From Phoronis australis (lineage: Eukaryota > Animalia > Phoronida), in contig NMRA01000122.1 in NCBI GenBank assembly GCA_002633005.1, positions 624,182 to 688,181 on the forward strand: a stretch of 64,000 nt of DNA, in the 5' to 3' direction. Below the pieces are notes generated by a model. That model was not told where the DNA came from. It did no database searches and saw only the letters and a program-made list of their open reading frames with translations. Both the position numbers and the translations under genes were made by a program. Each line of letters opens with the position of its first letter. Within the stretch, counting starts at the first letter, position 1. This document shows, piece after piece, positions 47,401-62,400 of this stretch.

Positions 47401-50400
47401 GTTCTGACATTCATCTATCGCTTAGTTAGTGTGTTTTTTACAGAACGTGGTCGTAAGCTATAAAACAATAATTTGTCTTTTTGTCTGAAATAAGGATCTA
47501 AATATTTAGTAACGCCACCCAAAACACTCGCAGATGTGAACGATTTGAACCGGGTTAATTTTTTGCGACAAGAAACATTCAGCTCAAGTAGAATTCATAT
47601 TGTAAATTTGGATTGCTGGCTTTTTCACTGTCCTGAAATACGTGGTTGGACATTCTTGTTGTGCATTATATACCAAATCTCGTGTATACAACAGTGTGTT
47701 TGATAGCTTTATTACGTTCATTACATCTGTGTTGCAAAAACGAAAGGAAATCTCTTTTTTTACAAAAAGTAAATAGTGTATAAACACACACTCAGATTTT
47801 AGATAAAAACAACATTGTTCTTGGTAATAGAATGAGACGCTATTTTATTTTTTTCTGAACTCGCACCTCCGGCTACAAGTGATCACTTATTTATTGCAAG
47901 AATAGTTTCATTTTCCTAGCGTGTTTTTATAATTGGCTACTAGCTCGCCTGGAGAACCATCAGATATTCCCTGGTGATGTAGCCTCTGTTCTGAAGCTTG
48001 AGTCGGCGGCGACTAATTCCGTCTCACGAATTCCGTCTAATTAGCCAATAGGTGCGCTGACCTGACATATGTTTCCAGTTAGCTTAAAACAGCTATTTGC
48101 TTGAATCTTGAGAGACTGAGTCAGGAAACGCCAAAAGAGACATTGATAACTCGCGTGTCTGTGTTTGGTTAATATTAGAAATCTATTTAATTTATTTCTT
48201 GCCTGGCTTTGTGTCAGATTCAGCGCGTTGTTTTGACACACAGTTGGCAGTGAATCAATCGACGAAGCATTAGTGCAATAGCGCATTACGATATGTTTGT
48301 CCCATTTCTAAAGTGGTCTCGCAGCAACTCTAGTTGAAAGATGTTGACAGTATGCACCCTGAACCTCGTCAGCTAAATCTGTTGAGAAAGGCTGACAGGA
48401 TGGCTTCGAAAGTTGCAAACCCCATGCAATAATTGTTATTGAGGCCCGCTTTGCTATCGTGTGCAGGCGTTATAACAGTGCATGCATTCGTCACGGGCAT
48501 TCTGTTTTACCTTACTTGAGACTTGATTTTGTCTGCTTGATTAAACTCGGCGAGGGCTCCTGTTCTTGATTTTAAATAAATGTGCCCTACAAAGGTCTCT
48601 AACATTAGGGCTTCGAATTACCCAAACAAAAGTCGAAATTCAATGGATTCTGTTTTATTTGCCTTTTCAATAAAAAATGAATGGACACAAAAGCGCACTC
48701 GCACCATTGGACGAGCTTCGTGTGCGAAAGATCGGGTGTCCTCGAATGGGGTTTGTTTAGACAGAAAATATCAAATAGTTCTTTGTCAATAAAACAAACC
48801 GCACTGTTTCTTCAAAACTCCTTCAAGTGATTTGTTAAACACCTGCCTATTTCGTGACCTCTCCTGGTTTACTACAAATGAGAATTGTTGTGTGTGTTTG
48901 GAACCGATAAACTGTTAATCACAAATTGGAATTTTTTGGGGGGTATTCCCGTCATTTGGTGTACGCTAGCATAATCTGACCCCGTATCAATATTCCACGA
49001 GTAAATCATTCAAGATGTTGCATTCGAAACGACGAGGCCCTTTCTCTATCCTTGTTATGTAACGCAGAATCCGACAGAATTACCGGGGAACGACATTCAG
49101 TGTTTTGTGCGCCTGTCTGCCAGTGCCTTTCCTCAGTGACGAGCAATATCAGTGCGATACTGGTTTGAATTGAAAGTCCAATGTCCCGGAAGCTGTAAAC
49201 AAACTTAACCGCGCAAATGCCCTGAACATTTGTGCCGTCTCTTTCGCAAGTGATCTATCTGGTTTTGGTGAGAGAGTGAATCCAAATGGCTTACGAAAAT
49301 GTTATGACTAAATGGTGATGAAAGACATGTTAAGCTATCATCTGTGCGGTATGGTTATGATGCGGGTGGCGCATTCCGCTTATTTACATGTATACGGGTA
49401 CAGTGGACGACATGATGAGTAATTAACCACTCACTCGCACGGTTTAGTCACAAAGGAAAGTTTTTAAAGTTTGTAATGGACACCAGCTAAGAGTTTGGGG
49501 AAATAACCCTTCGCGAGTAATGTTGGATTTAAGCTATCGTAGAGTTGTATCATGTCGCACGTCTTATGGCGGAATATGCAGTGTCGTAAAAGTAGGACAA
49601 CCTTACTGGGGGTAGAGGCGCAAGTGAGCCACATGGTAACCATGCTACCCTGATCATTGCAAATCATTTATAACTGTCATATGATGAGCGTCTTCGCTCA
49701 GTGAATCCGTCACGTCTCATGGCCCCCGGTTGTTAGCGCTTGTGTCTGATTACGTAGGTGTGTGCAGGCCCTGGGCTAAGTTCCATAGACACAAGACACT
49801 GGCGATGCACATGCAGTGAGAACTCCTCACTAATGGAACGGAAACTGTGAATTCTATACACTAATTGAACATTCCAACTTCACCAATCAATTACTTCAGT
49901 GGCCACCATTTTGTTAAGGTACGCCATATAGCAAGGTCCGGAGTATACTCGCGAAACATAACCCTTTCATTCTCGTAATTTGTGTGATCTTATTTATCGG
50001 GAGTTTCTTCTGTCTACGTAACGCACTCCTTAGAAACACTCTATGATATGTTTCTCCACAGAAGTAGAGTTCTGTGCTTTCTCGTAGGTCAAATCGGTGG
50101 TTCTCTATTCAGTCGTGCATTACATATGATTATGTAGCTGTAAGCGTTTCAGTCAGAAACAACACACCACTTTTCCCAATTGATATCAGGGAATAATAAA
50201 CAAGTTCCGTTCGCTTCTGTCGTCAAGATAACAACGACATTCAAGTTGTACAATGGAACGAACCCAGATGTCGACAACACTTTCCTTTATTGCATCGTTG
50301 CACCTGGATTGGCATTCAGATCATTCAGGTGTGTATGAGAAGAAACACACCGAAATGAGATGTAAGTAAATAGCATTGCCGCGATCATTTCATGTCGTCC

Positions 50401-53400
50401 AAAATGATGTATGCACTGAGCCTAATGCACGCTAATTGTATTGGGAGTAAATGCATTAAATTTTAATGGCAAGTCCACCTGCGTGTGAGTTTTTCGAAAT
50501 AAATACAAACGCACAATGGAAATGGTGTTACGTGGCCGTTCGATTATAGATAAAATAACAAATAGATATATCTGAATCACCAAACGAGTGTTTCAAAGTT
50601 ATCTTTAAATGCTACTGTTCGTGTTAAAAGTGGAAAAGTCTTCTCTCAGTGTTTTACTTTACCAAATCAGACTACAGGATACTCGAAATCGAAATTGGTA
50701 CTGACATTTAATTAAAAGACTAATTATGAAAATGGATATCGTGACCCGGGGCAGAGACACCCCTGGGCACCGTTACTTGGCTATTATCAGCCATCTTATG
50801 CTCGGCGTGAGCGAGGAAGGTTGCATTACACAAACACGTAGTGTGTGGATACCCGAGTTATATTTAAGTCTGTGTTCGCTTACTTGTCGGTCAGTAGGTA
50901 CGGTGGCCACCCCCTGTTACTTGAAAACCTAGTTTGCACAATAAAACAAGTGACAAGTAAAGAATTTGAAGTGACACACAAACCGTCGTATAATGACGAG
51001 TAAATATGCTAAGTTTTGCTCATGCATGGGAAGTTGATGTTTTCAGCCTGTGCCGTTGTGCAACCCAATTCGGGGCACAAAATTTATCGATTTTTAGAAA
51101 ATAACACTGTCAGGACGGTTAATTAGTTGTTCAATTCAAAATCAACAAACGTCTTATTCAAAAACTGAGAAATTAAAGATTGAGCCGGGGACCCAATATT
51201 TGAGAACTGTAGATCAAAGGATTAATCGGCATTTGAGTCACAATTTTGAACAAGTTGAGGAAATATTTGCGTTCAGCGATTTCGACACGGGGATATTTCC
51301 TATAGACTTCCCTTTGTTGACACATTTAACTCTCTGACGAACAATACATAGTTTACAGCCGGGTATTCTCTGGCAAACATTTCTCTCACATGTGTAAACA
51401 CTAAATAAACTCGTGTAATTAAATACGAATCACAGATCAAACAAACTACTATTTGATTCTCCTGTCTTAGGTAACACTGGACTGTCTGTCGAGCCTCGCA
51501 TCCATGTCCGAGCATATAGACTGGTCACGTCTTGTGGTCATCGATTAAAATAGCTGCATAGTTGAATTCTTGTGAGGTGCGTGCATACAACAGACCTAAA
51601 ATTCTTGTTTGCGTCATTTGAAATCCCCTAACACCGGACCGCTTGCATCATGAGTTGTATAAACGGTCGTCAGATGGCGTTCCATTTACACGACGTAGCA
51701 ATTAAAAGATACGCCGGTATACTTGGTGTAAAGATTGGAAACAAAGGGAAACTTCACTTGGGATGCTTTCCTCGTTTCTGGAGAGAAAAGTGAAAAGTGA
51801 GATAACACAATATCACTCGAATGAAATGCAAGTGTTTCGCGATGAGACCGTATAGCAAAATGGTCGCCATTGAAGAGATTGGTTGGCGAGACTGGCATTT
51901 TGAATAACTGTAGAAATTTCAGCGTATCAGTTCTGGAAGCGTGATGGGAGTATCATGGAACGCAGCCCTGATATTGTACCAACGCGCTAGCGAACCAGTG
52001 AAAGCAACACAACACGTTTATTTTTAACTTTTAGTAGTTTTAAGGCGCAGCAATTACATCTATTGCGCCACCCGTAAGCCCACTGAGGGGTGAATAGAAA
52101 ACGTTTAGATCTTCGTCAGTACACTGTGTCGGGACAGCTTCGTGGTTGGTGTTGATAGCCCCTCTGGTCATTAGGCCTTTTACATGATTGCTGTCTTACT
52201 CTCGTTTGATGAAGGTTGATTTGGATGACCAATACACGTATGTAACTGGACACTGTCACACCGACATGTTCGAGATGAAAGCTTCACAACGAAAGACATA
52301 TGACAGAAACAAAAGGCAAATAGACGCGATTCCTTGTTATGCGCAAAGCAATGAAACCAAAAACCAGATTAGAATACGCTTAAAATATTGTTTCTTGGTT
52401 TGACAAACTGACACACCATATTTTTATGTTTTTCAGACGACTGTCTTCCCTGAAGATTTAATGTCTCCAGAATTTTATAGAAAATTCGATTTGCTCGAAA
52501 TGAAAATTAAAATGAAGCTTCCTAGTCACATTCGTCTTCAATACACGTTTGACATCGTTACTAATGAAATCAGAGGACTCACGGACCTCGTAATAGAATA
52601 TGTACGACATTTTGAAAAGGGCTAAATTATGTCTAAATTCATTTAGCTCAATTCATTAATTTGTGCACGGATCGATACAGTGTGCAGAAGGGACGCCTTA
52701 GTTTAAGTCTGGTTAATCACTTTTCAAGCAATTTACTGAACATGACAGTGACATGGTCCATGTACTACATGTGCTCACACCAGCATGCCACATTATGTGG
52801 TTGTAAATCATTTTTGAAACAAATTTGTACATATTACATACCTAATTGAAGCTAATCAGATATCACAGAACGACGCTTCTTTGGCTCATTTCAAAAACTA
52901 TCTATGCAACAACTATCCATTGGAGACAAAAAGAATAGGGTTTGTGTCAATTTGTGTGACCTAACACCAGTAATTCGCGAGTCAACGGAGTGGCGCACGC
53001 GGCGGCGTCACGTGCTTCGTTTGCAACACATGACAATATCTCGCGGAAACTAACGTGATCTCACCACATTCGGATAAAACTAGCCCTCAGAGGCTCTAGC
53101 GCCCGCCAACGTGGAAACGTTCAGCAATACACTCTCTATGAACACTAATTTGAAAACATTATACATTTTGTACAGTTTTTGCGCCATTTTGAACACACTT
53201 GCGCTTGCGCTTCGGCACCGTTTCTTTCCATTCAACACGATTGTCTTTGCCTTTCACATCCTTCGCAACATCAGAGTTCCGTCAAGCAATGGTTAAAAGG
53301 AGTGTCGTGCTTTGTCAACTGTAGGAGTTTAATTTCCTGACCCTCGAGAGAGGTCTCTAACCAGTCAATCATCTATCCCCACGGTTACTTGAAAGAAACT

Positions 53401-56400
53401 CGTCAGTAACTTTTCATGCTTCGTTTCCAATTCCAATATAGTGTTTCGTTATCATTGCATTCCGTCAAATTTTACTGACTATTATTAACACGAAATAATG
53501 TGAAAGGAAATGCCGCGGAAGAACAAGTCGTGAGATAAAGCGATTTAATTCCCTCATCGGTTTCTTTCCAGCGGGGCTCTGTGTTATATGTCTAAGCAAA
53601 GAAAAGTACAAGTAATAATTGCCGACAACTTTGTCATCCCGAGGACGCAACATTACCGGCCTTGTGCGTTCTGCGTTTGATCAAGCTCTTTAGTGTCACA
53701 TGCAAAATTTTTGTTTTTATTTTTGTTGTCGTCTTTTTTGTTGTCATCATTGTGATCGTACTTTGCGTTATCATTTCTAATGTCGTCCTCTTGATCATCG
53801 ATATTGTTTTCGTCGTCGTCCTCATCTTTGTCTTGAACGACATATTCATCGTTCCATTTGTGAACATCATGACTATCCTCGTTATCAAAGTCGTCGTCGT
53901 TCTTTTATCCAATATATAGCCAACGTCCCATTTTTTAAAACCGATGGCGTTATCTCGCCTCATTCTTATTGAGATTATGTGATTTGTTTCTCCATACGCA
54001 CGTCTCAGTTTTGTCTAAATTTCAAGGTATGTAACCTTATAATTTCAGTCGACTCCTGCACATTTCCACAACAGTGGCAAGGCTCGTGGTACCAGCGAGA
54101 GGGTGAGGTGGACATTTCTCGCACGCACGTGACTACCAAGGGCACATGTTTCGAGAAAGAGGGTGACAAATACATTGTCAAACGAGCCAACAGGTAACGC
54201 TCTAAATTAAAATTAATTTGTTTTCCCTCACGTGATCGAGCGTAAAATGTGTGCGTAACTTGTGTGATAAGGCTAAGGAATTAGATTTTCAGTTGTGGAT
54301 GCGACATATTTGTTTCAACAAAAACGAGGACTTCCCGACAATAAAAAGTGAGGATGACCTACGGGGGCAGGGAGAGGAAACCAGATACGTTTTAGAGCGG
54401 CCTAATGACCTCATTGATCCACCTTGCTTAAATCCCGCGATTTGTATCATTACGTGGCCGACAAAAAAGCCAAACGGCAAAATTTAGACCATCATCGATA
54501 AACTATGAATGACTTAATAGAGAATATACGGTGCAAAATCCCCAAGTACTATATATCACAGGCTGCATTGTGTTGTGAGTTTCTTGCCGCAGTGTGGTGG
54601 TTTTTGTTGTGACGGGACATCAGTCCGCGGTCAACTAGACATTACACGTACTCCAGCTATGTAATTTAGGAAACGCCATTATCAAAAGCTTTTTCATAGC
54701 CATTATTTCCAATTATAGGTTATTCGATGTTACAGACTTCCGTTCTATCGTGTTTGATGACTGGGAAGTTAAAATTATGTGTTACAACGTGAACGTCGGT
54801 TTACTGCAATTTTAGAATCTAGAATATCTCCAGAGATAGCAATTGACTAAGAAAATTAATGCGAAGGAAATTGATGTAGGTCTACTGGGTTCACATGCTA
54901 TATAATCAAGTTTCATTTTATCACATTTTAAAGCCCATGCAAGGGCATCTCTGAAAACCTATTACTGGTTTATGTTTTGGGGTGGAACCTTTTATATTTG
55001 TTTAATACGGTTTACCATGATAAAACCATGGATAGAATTTAGTTCATTGGTTGTTTTAACGGGAAGATTTACAGCAGCGAACTTGATTTATTTCAATTTG
55101 TAGTTTGCGATTTCGTCTTGATCTAATTAGCGATACGTTGGTCTTTAATGCAATACAAAATGAGACTGTTCCCTGATTAGCTTTTCGTGAAAGCAGTGTT
55201 CTCCACAACTGAAAATCCAAAACAGGTTAAGTGCCCACTGCACGGATTAGCGTCCACCTGTAATTTGCTTCACGGAATTGATGTAGTCAATGCTACAATC
55301 ATCTATTCACTGAATGTTTCAGTCACATCACAACACCCACACCAGTTCCAACATTGACTATGTATTCTGAATTAAACACGTGACGCGTGTCCCGCGGCCA
55401 TTTTTGATCGTCATCCAACTGTGAGAAGACTGGTCCCACGTGTCCACTGGGTCATTGTTTCTCCTTATTTTGATTGCGCTTAAAGCGGAAGCGCTCGTCA
55501 TATCGATTGTAGCGCGTACATAACCCCGACTAAACGACAAAATCCTCAATGAAATAACATCAAGGTGTTGTATAGGTCACATCATTGACATAAGTCAGAA
55601 ATCAAAATACTGAACAAATACATATGACAGTGCTCAATCGATCACAGATTAGTTGTATTTATTGTGAATACAAACGAACAAACGAACCCGTTGCCAATTT
55701 ATATTGTGGCGTAATATGCAAGTGTTAAATGCATAATTTACAGAGGACACGTAACGAAAGTGTACTCAATGCCATTATTATAAATTATTGTGTTATGTGA
55801 TTAATATTAGTTGGCTTGTATAAAAGTGTGATTAGTGGGAATACTTTCCATTAGACGATTAATATAAAGTACATCAAAGATTAAGACCAAAAGAGACACT
55901 TTTTGAAGAACGAGTGACTTATCTAATGTTTTATGTAACTGTCATTCGTGGCATCTTTATGCCTCGTTCGTTATCAGCTACTGTTTTAGATAGCTCTTAT
56001 TGTCGACAGATGTACATAAAAATGTCAAAGTCACGTCATAAAAATGCTGAAAACATCATCACATCTATGTCCTAACATTCACTGACACAACACTTAACCT
56101 CATGCCTGACTTGGAAGTAAATGTCATATAGAGATAACTAATTCGACGTTTTCTTCAATTGGGAGCTAAAGGGGGAGGGTGCAGCTGTCTATATATACAC
56201 CACCTTTGTGAATGTCGTTTATAATGACTCAATAACTTAGCCTTTTAAAACGTATCCATTATATTGATCTCAAGATAGTTCTGATCAGATGTATTTTTCT
56301 GGAACATTCATTGTCAGGAACCGTTAACTCCTGCTTGAGGCCGAAACTGTCTCGCAAAATCTGTTCACGAAATATCGAACATGCATTGTAGGTTGTTACT

Positions 56401-59400
56401 TCCAGGTTATTATTTTTAGTGACACTTAAATAGAATTCGAAATTGTGTTCCAATCTTTTGCGAGAGACTTGCACCAACTGAACAGAAGCAGAACTGGTAG
56501 TTGACTATGAACAGACGTAGACGAAGACCTCCATGTGAGCGTAGTCTCGCTGTGGTTTATGGGTAACGAAGAGTGTCGTCACAATAGTTGGGTGTCTCAT
56601 TGTACCCGGGACCTTGAATTAATTAAACTGGACAAACGCGACCACTCGACAAGACGAACTCCAGTTTAATTAGTTGACTACAGCGCTCTATTTCCCCTGT
56701 GGGCTGAAAGAACACGATGCGTTCTTATTTTTAGCGGCAAGTGTGTGAGAAGTCCCCGCGTTGCCACGACTGACAATCAAAGACCAATTGTCGTCTAAAG
56801 CAAATTCCTTCTCAGGTTTCTAAAATAACTGTGTTTGATACCCATAGATCGTAATCTTTACTGTCGTTTATTTCATATGGATTGCATTGCACTTGAAAAC
56901 TTGCAATAAATTTGTTGCTTAAGCTGCATACTCGTGCAGAGGCTCTGTTTTGGCACTCAAACAACGTTTCTGATACAACCAGGACCTTAGATTAGGAATG
57001 TTTTTATTCTGAGCTCAGGTTAACTGCAGCAAGGTTTAAACCTACTTTTTTCTGTTTAGCTGCTCATATAATCGGTTTCATAATACTCCGTACCACGAAA
57101 AAATTCTATTTCAGTGTCCTTACCGCGAAATGATTTTATTTCCGTTACCAACGAGAACATCGAACCCTCAGCGACCCGGAGAACAAGTTTCTTGGGGTTA
57201 TCACATTTACGCATTGCCTGCGACTTGCGTTGATAACAGACATAGATTCCTAAGGGATATCATGAAAAATATTTTATGACAGTAAAAAGCCGAATTCGAT
57301 TTTCGTTTTTAGCCTGCTAAACATGGCGAAATACACATTTAGTTGCCCTTTTTTCGAAATTGACGATTTCGATGTTGCCTTTGATTTTTAAAAACTTTTC
57401 TTTCTGATTATTTTGATTTCTCCTGATTATTTTTGTATGTGGGTTTAGTAAAAAATCGCCGATTCATCCGCTGACCGGTGTCTTCGATAAACGCCAGTAA
57501 ATGGTGATTCAAAGTTCTATACAAATCTCTCCATTCCCGTCGCTATCCAATCCAACGGTGTCTGTACTGCCTTTGAGTCCAATATTGGAAGCCTTTGAGA
57601 TGGTTAGACGAACCATATCCGGTTGCACTCGTTCCCGCGGGCAATTAGAATAGGTTCTGTGATGAGCGGAAAAGGTTTCACGTTTGAAGATTCCGTGCGA
57701 ACGCCTGACTCACTTCAGCACGGAAATGTTCATAGTGCGTGCATGAGGCATTGTTTTGAAGAAGAGCGATAGATTTGATAACTTTGAACACTGAATTCAA
57801 ACCTAAAGTGGACGGGAGTAGGGGGATTGGGAGACAACCGGGCAGTGTACTTCTGTCATTGCATAAAGTAAACGGCCTATGGTCCGTTTGTCTTGTTTTG
57901 AAAAAGGAATCGGATCGTCGTTAATTTTGAAAACCAACCACGACTTATGGTTTTTATGAAAATTCTTTAAAGATGCACAAAACAAGAGAACAAAATGATA
58001 TTTTAGGAAACTGTAACAACTCTTTTGATATCTCATCTTTAACATTTAAATCAAATAAAATTTGATCATGTTACCGATATCTTTGTTTTGTTATCAACGT
58101 ACTTTTCTTTTTTGCTAAATTTCACTTAGGCGTGATCACGTGACCCACTTCATTAGCATTTGATGAAAAGCCAAAGATCAAATTCCACAGGTTTTCTACT
58201 TTCAGACAATATATACTTTATTGAGTTAAAATGAACAATTTTCTAAATATGTTGCTAAATGCATAGACTTGTCTATAAGGTCTGCATAACCCTAGTGGTT
58301 TCGGAATCAGGAGCGCGAGGCCTTTGTTAGCGCGAGGCCTCTGTTGGCGCGATATGTGATAAATGAATTGTCTACTAAACAATCGTTGGAGAGATAACAA
58401 ATACCAGGCATGAATTATTAGCTCTTTGTTTGTCTGTGAAGTGAATGTTTTACTTTGTTGGCAATGCATGGTTGTGAGTTGGCCTGCTGAATGCAAACGT
58501 TCCAACGAGACATTTGTGGAAACATTACGGAAATGTTTGACAACACCTAAATCTGCTGTTTCTCGTAAGATCCAGTGAAAAGCACAATTTTCGTATCAAG
58601 TTCCTCGGAGTCCAACCTAGCACTTAAATTTTGTTGTCTGTTTACCGCAAATCATCGGATTGGTACAGCATGGACAATCCTACAGTTTTGAGCACATTAT
58701 GCTGAAACGTGATGATGACCCAAGAGATGTCGCTCTCTCGATATCAACATGTTATCAGATTCGCTAAAGCAACTAAGCGCAGCTCAGCAACTTAAAATAC
58801 GTGTGCGAAATTGTTACTACTTTCATGACGTGTCATTTTTCTCAATTATTTCTAATCAGTTTCGCTTATTTGTCTAGTTGGATTTTGTGGCGTTTACTGT
58901 AATGACTACAAAACCTCTTGGGTCTACTGACAGCATTAGTCAGCGAAGTGCGGCCGTTGAACGTTCCTCTTCAATGATGTCTCCACCTCTGGGACTGCGC
59001 GTGAATTACATCTCTTCTCTAATTGATATTAGGACTGACATTTCTGATAACACAACACACAGCCTTGGCAATCATACACAGAACAGAAGCGAATGAGTAA
59101 AGCTACGATTTAAATCGCTTCGAATTTGAAATTTGATAATAGAAGGTCAACTAAATTATTACAAGCGAACGATTAAGTCGGTTATTCACTCACAGACGGC
59201 ATGTTTTCTCGTCTGCCTCTGGCGACGTTACTGGATAAAGGCTGTCGCCATTGAACTGCATGAACTAGGCTTATTTGCGCTTAAAACATGCGTAGTGAAC
59301 TAACTGAAATGCTCAACTTCTCAAAATGTGGCCTATGAAATGATAATCAGTGTTAGTTTTAGTGTAAATGTAATTTCATGTTATCATAAAAAGACTCTTC

Positions 59401-62400
59401 TATCTATGCTGTTCTGTGTGATTTGACCCACAAATGTAAATGTTACGATGTTGGAATATACTACATCTATTTTGTCGAAGTCGAGTTCTCCTCCAGTAAT
59501 GGTCCGTCAAGACTGTCATGTAACCAGGTGTTGTCTGGGCAGGTATTGCGTGTCAGAGATGGTAATATGGGCAGGGTTATCGACCAAATAACGTTAATCG
59601 GGGATCTTCAGTAACAAAGCTCCCCCTAGAACATGACGAATACGGCGGATAATCCTCTCAGCCGCCTCTTCGCATTATCTCTTTAACCAAAGCTTGTTGA
59701 GTAAATTGTCATTCTTGCAGACTATTCGTGAGAGTTATGCGTGACAGTTAAGATACTCGACATAATTCATATACCTGGCCACCCCACTAGACCCTATAGC
59801 AATTTTGATGAAGTCTTTCAAAACACTCAAAGTGAGCTGTTTGACATAAAGCGGATGCATGCAGTCGGAAACTGAATTGTGTGTCTTTTCTGAAATGTTA
59901 CGAAAGAGATATCGTGGAGCTGTTTGCATGTACCCTATCATTGTCCTGTGGCGGTTGTGTGATCGACCAATACGCAAGACAAAATGATAAATTACGAATA
60001 GATATAATTGAAAATATTTATAGCATAATGAATAGTTTATAATGACGATGGGTTAACACAAATCATCTCCTTACGGAAGCTATTCGTTGTACATAACAAG
60101 AAGTGGATTTAAACTAGAAAGTCTTTCAACCACATCATAATGTGGTGGACAGAAAAATATTGTGCATGTATAAGGTTTCCGACGGAACATCACTCGTCAG
60201 TCTCGTCCGCTGACCCCGCGGAAGGTTAATACAATTAAAGCATCACGTTTGATCTTCGATGCGAAAAAATCAAAACTTTGTGTTGAGCCCACATAGGGTG
60301 TTGTGTTATGATTCACTCGCATAGTTCATCTACTTTCAATGTCCTTTTCAACGAAATGTTGGTCTAATGCGGGATGTTTTAACAACAAAACAACAGGAAG
60401 ACAATGCTATTTGGTATGGTTGAATCAGGAGTCGATGGGCAGGTGTTCCTATTGAGCAATCGTCTCGTCATAAATAAAGATTTATGCATAAATTAACCGT
60501 TTTGCGCCGGTTTATCACGACACTGCGCGTTCTTAATATGCCATGACTAACTCTCCTCACTTTGGTTATTACGCACGAACGTGGACATGTGAATGAAAAA
60601 TGAAAACATGACCCGTATGATGTCATCACCTAGAGAATTTCATCCACTATTAAAAAAATCACCCGTGCCTCCTGTTTTACTTCTCGTAATTGTTCATTAT
60701 CGTCCACCACACAGTAAATGTCAAACTTAACAGGAAAAGTACGTCGCGATTAAAAGAAACATTTAATTGCTTACTCGTTAATATGTTTATTTTCACAGAC
60801 GTTTAATACCGTGTTTTACAAGGGCGATGACACCTCCGCGCAGAATTTAACATTTCGTTTGGTTTGAAATCTGACCCCACTAATGTCGATGGTGCAACAC
60901 CCGTCTGAAAGGCCTTTTAAAGATTTTAAACTGCGCCCATTAAGCTATTTTGTTTCAAATTCCTTGTCAACAAAGTGAAAAAATATCGGACGGAACATGC
61001 TTATCAATTTTATTTCTGAAATAAAACCGCCTGACACCAAGGTGACAGCGTTGTGTTCCATTACACGTACGTAATGTGTTGTGCATACACTTGCACGCGC
61101 ATTTCGCTTAAAATTAATGAAAAAATATTTTCGTATTAATTGTACATTTGAAAAAAAGGTCTCGTATTTAATCTCTGGGATGTTGACTGAACTAAAATCA
61201 AAAGGAATTTATTGTACTAAAATTTACTGTACTAAATCCTCTTTGTTTTAAATACAAGAAATCACGATTTCAAGTAAAAGTTAGACAAAATACCTTCTCG
61301 GATAAAACAGGCCTTGTTTTAGGCTTATAATATACTTTAAAATATCTCTCACGTTTACTACTTCTAAGCTGAGTCTTTTATAGCTAATTAGGTTCCAATT
61401 AATTGAGAGTTGTTGGCCACCACCGTTGATAGGCTTGTAAAACAAATACCAAGATCTCATTACACTTGAGCCCACGTATCAGTTTTCCTTCCACGTGAGT
61501 TTTGCAGTAACTATGGATAAAGTTATGTCAAAGGTTTACCTAAAGTGGGTCACGTTACACTTCATTAGGTGTCGTCGCTATTTACACCCCCAGGCACTGA
61601 ACTTAGTGTATAGATATATACTTAATTAAGCGTAATTTCTCCTTTGTTAAAAATTTCCCCTTGCCTTTTAACAGTTTTCCCATTACTCTCATTACCGGTG
61701 TGGGTAGTCTTATAAACAATGGTGACAACATTTCTTTACAATGACATTGGAAATAATTTGTCATAACGAGGATGATTACCATCTGACTGACACCTGGCGT
61801 CAACAGACTTAACTGCTGAAGTGTTGCTGGTTAATTGTTTTTAACATTTATTGCTCTCACTATTGCATGGAATACTTCTTGTTATTTTCCAGTGATGGTG
61901 ACCCCTGTTACTCTTGCTTAGCCGTAATAAAGAGGCATGAAAACGTTCTCCAATATAAGGAATGTAAGTGCAAAAGTGAGCTAATGAGCTAGTTTCATAC
62001 TTTCTGTTTTAATTTCTTCAATGCAAGTAAAATAACGTCGGAAACTGCTGGATATTTTTTAATTTCTCGGCATTACCCGCAGAACGTAGGTCAGTCTATT
62101 TTGTGGTGACGCCAATATGAAGACAGTATAACGCTTAGAAATTTCGCTGAAAAACATATTACCAAGTTCGCTCTTCACTGAGCAAGAGGGGTAAACATGG
62201 GATGAGACGGCCCAGTGCAGACAAGGGAGTGATATATAGGCGACAGATTAACTGATGTGGTTGTGTCTGTTCAGAGAATGATTTCATATTTCGTGTGGTA
62301 TCATATCGTTGTTTTGGTTTTTCGTTTTAGTAATCATCTGTTATTTACAGCACAAAGTCGTATTTTAATATTTTCCCCATATTTTAGCTCATTGCGTAGA

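Noticed and set aside
53634-53963. Hydrophobic V/I-rich and T/K-rich ORFs resembling a membrane protein
   Set aside because: They are a by-product of a degenerate trinucleotide tract, with no splice or homology support.
57250-58085. Possible Kolobok-like non-autonomous element with degenerate ends
   Set aside because: TIR similarity is weak and there is no TTAA duplication, so the call cannot be supported.
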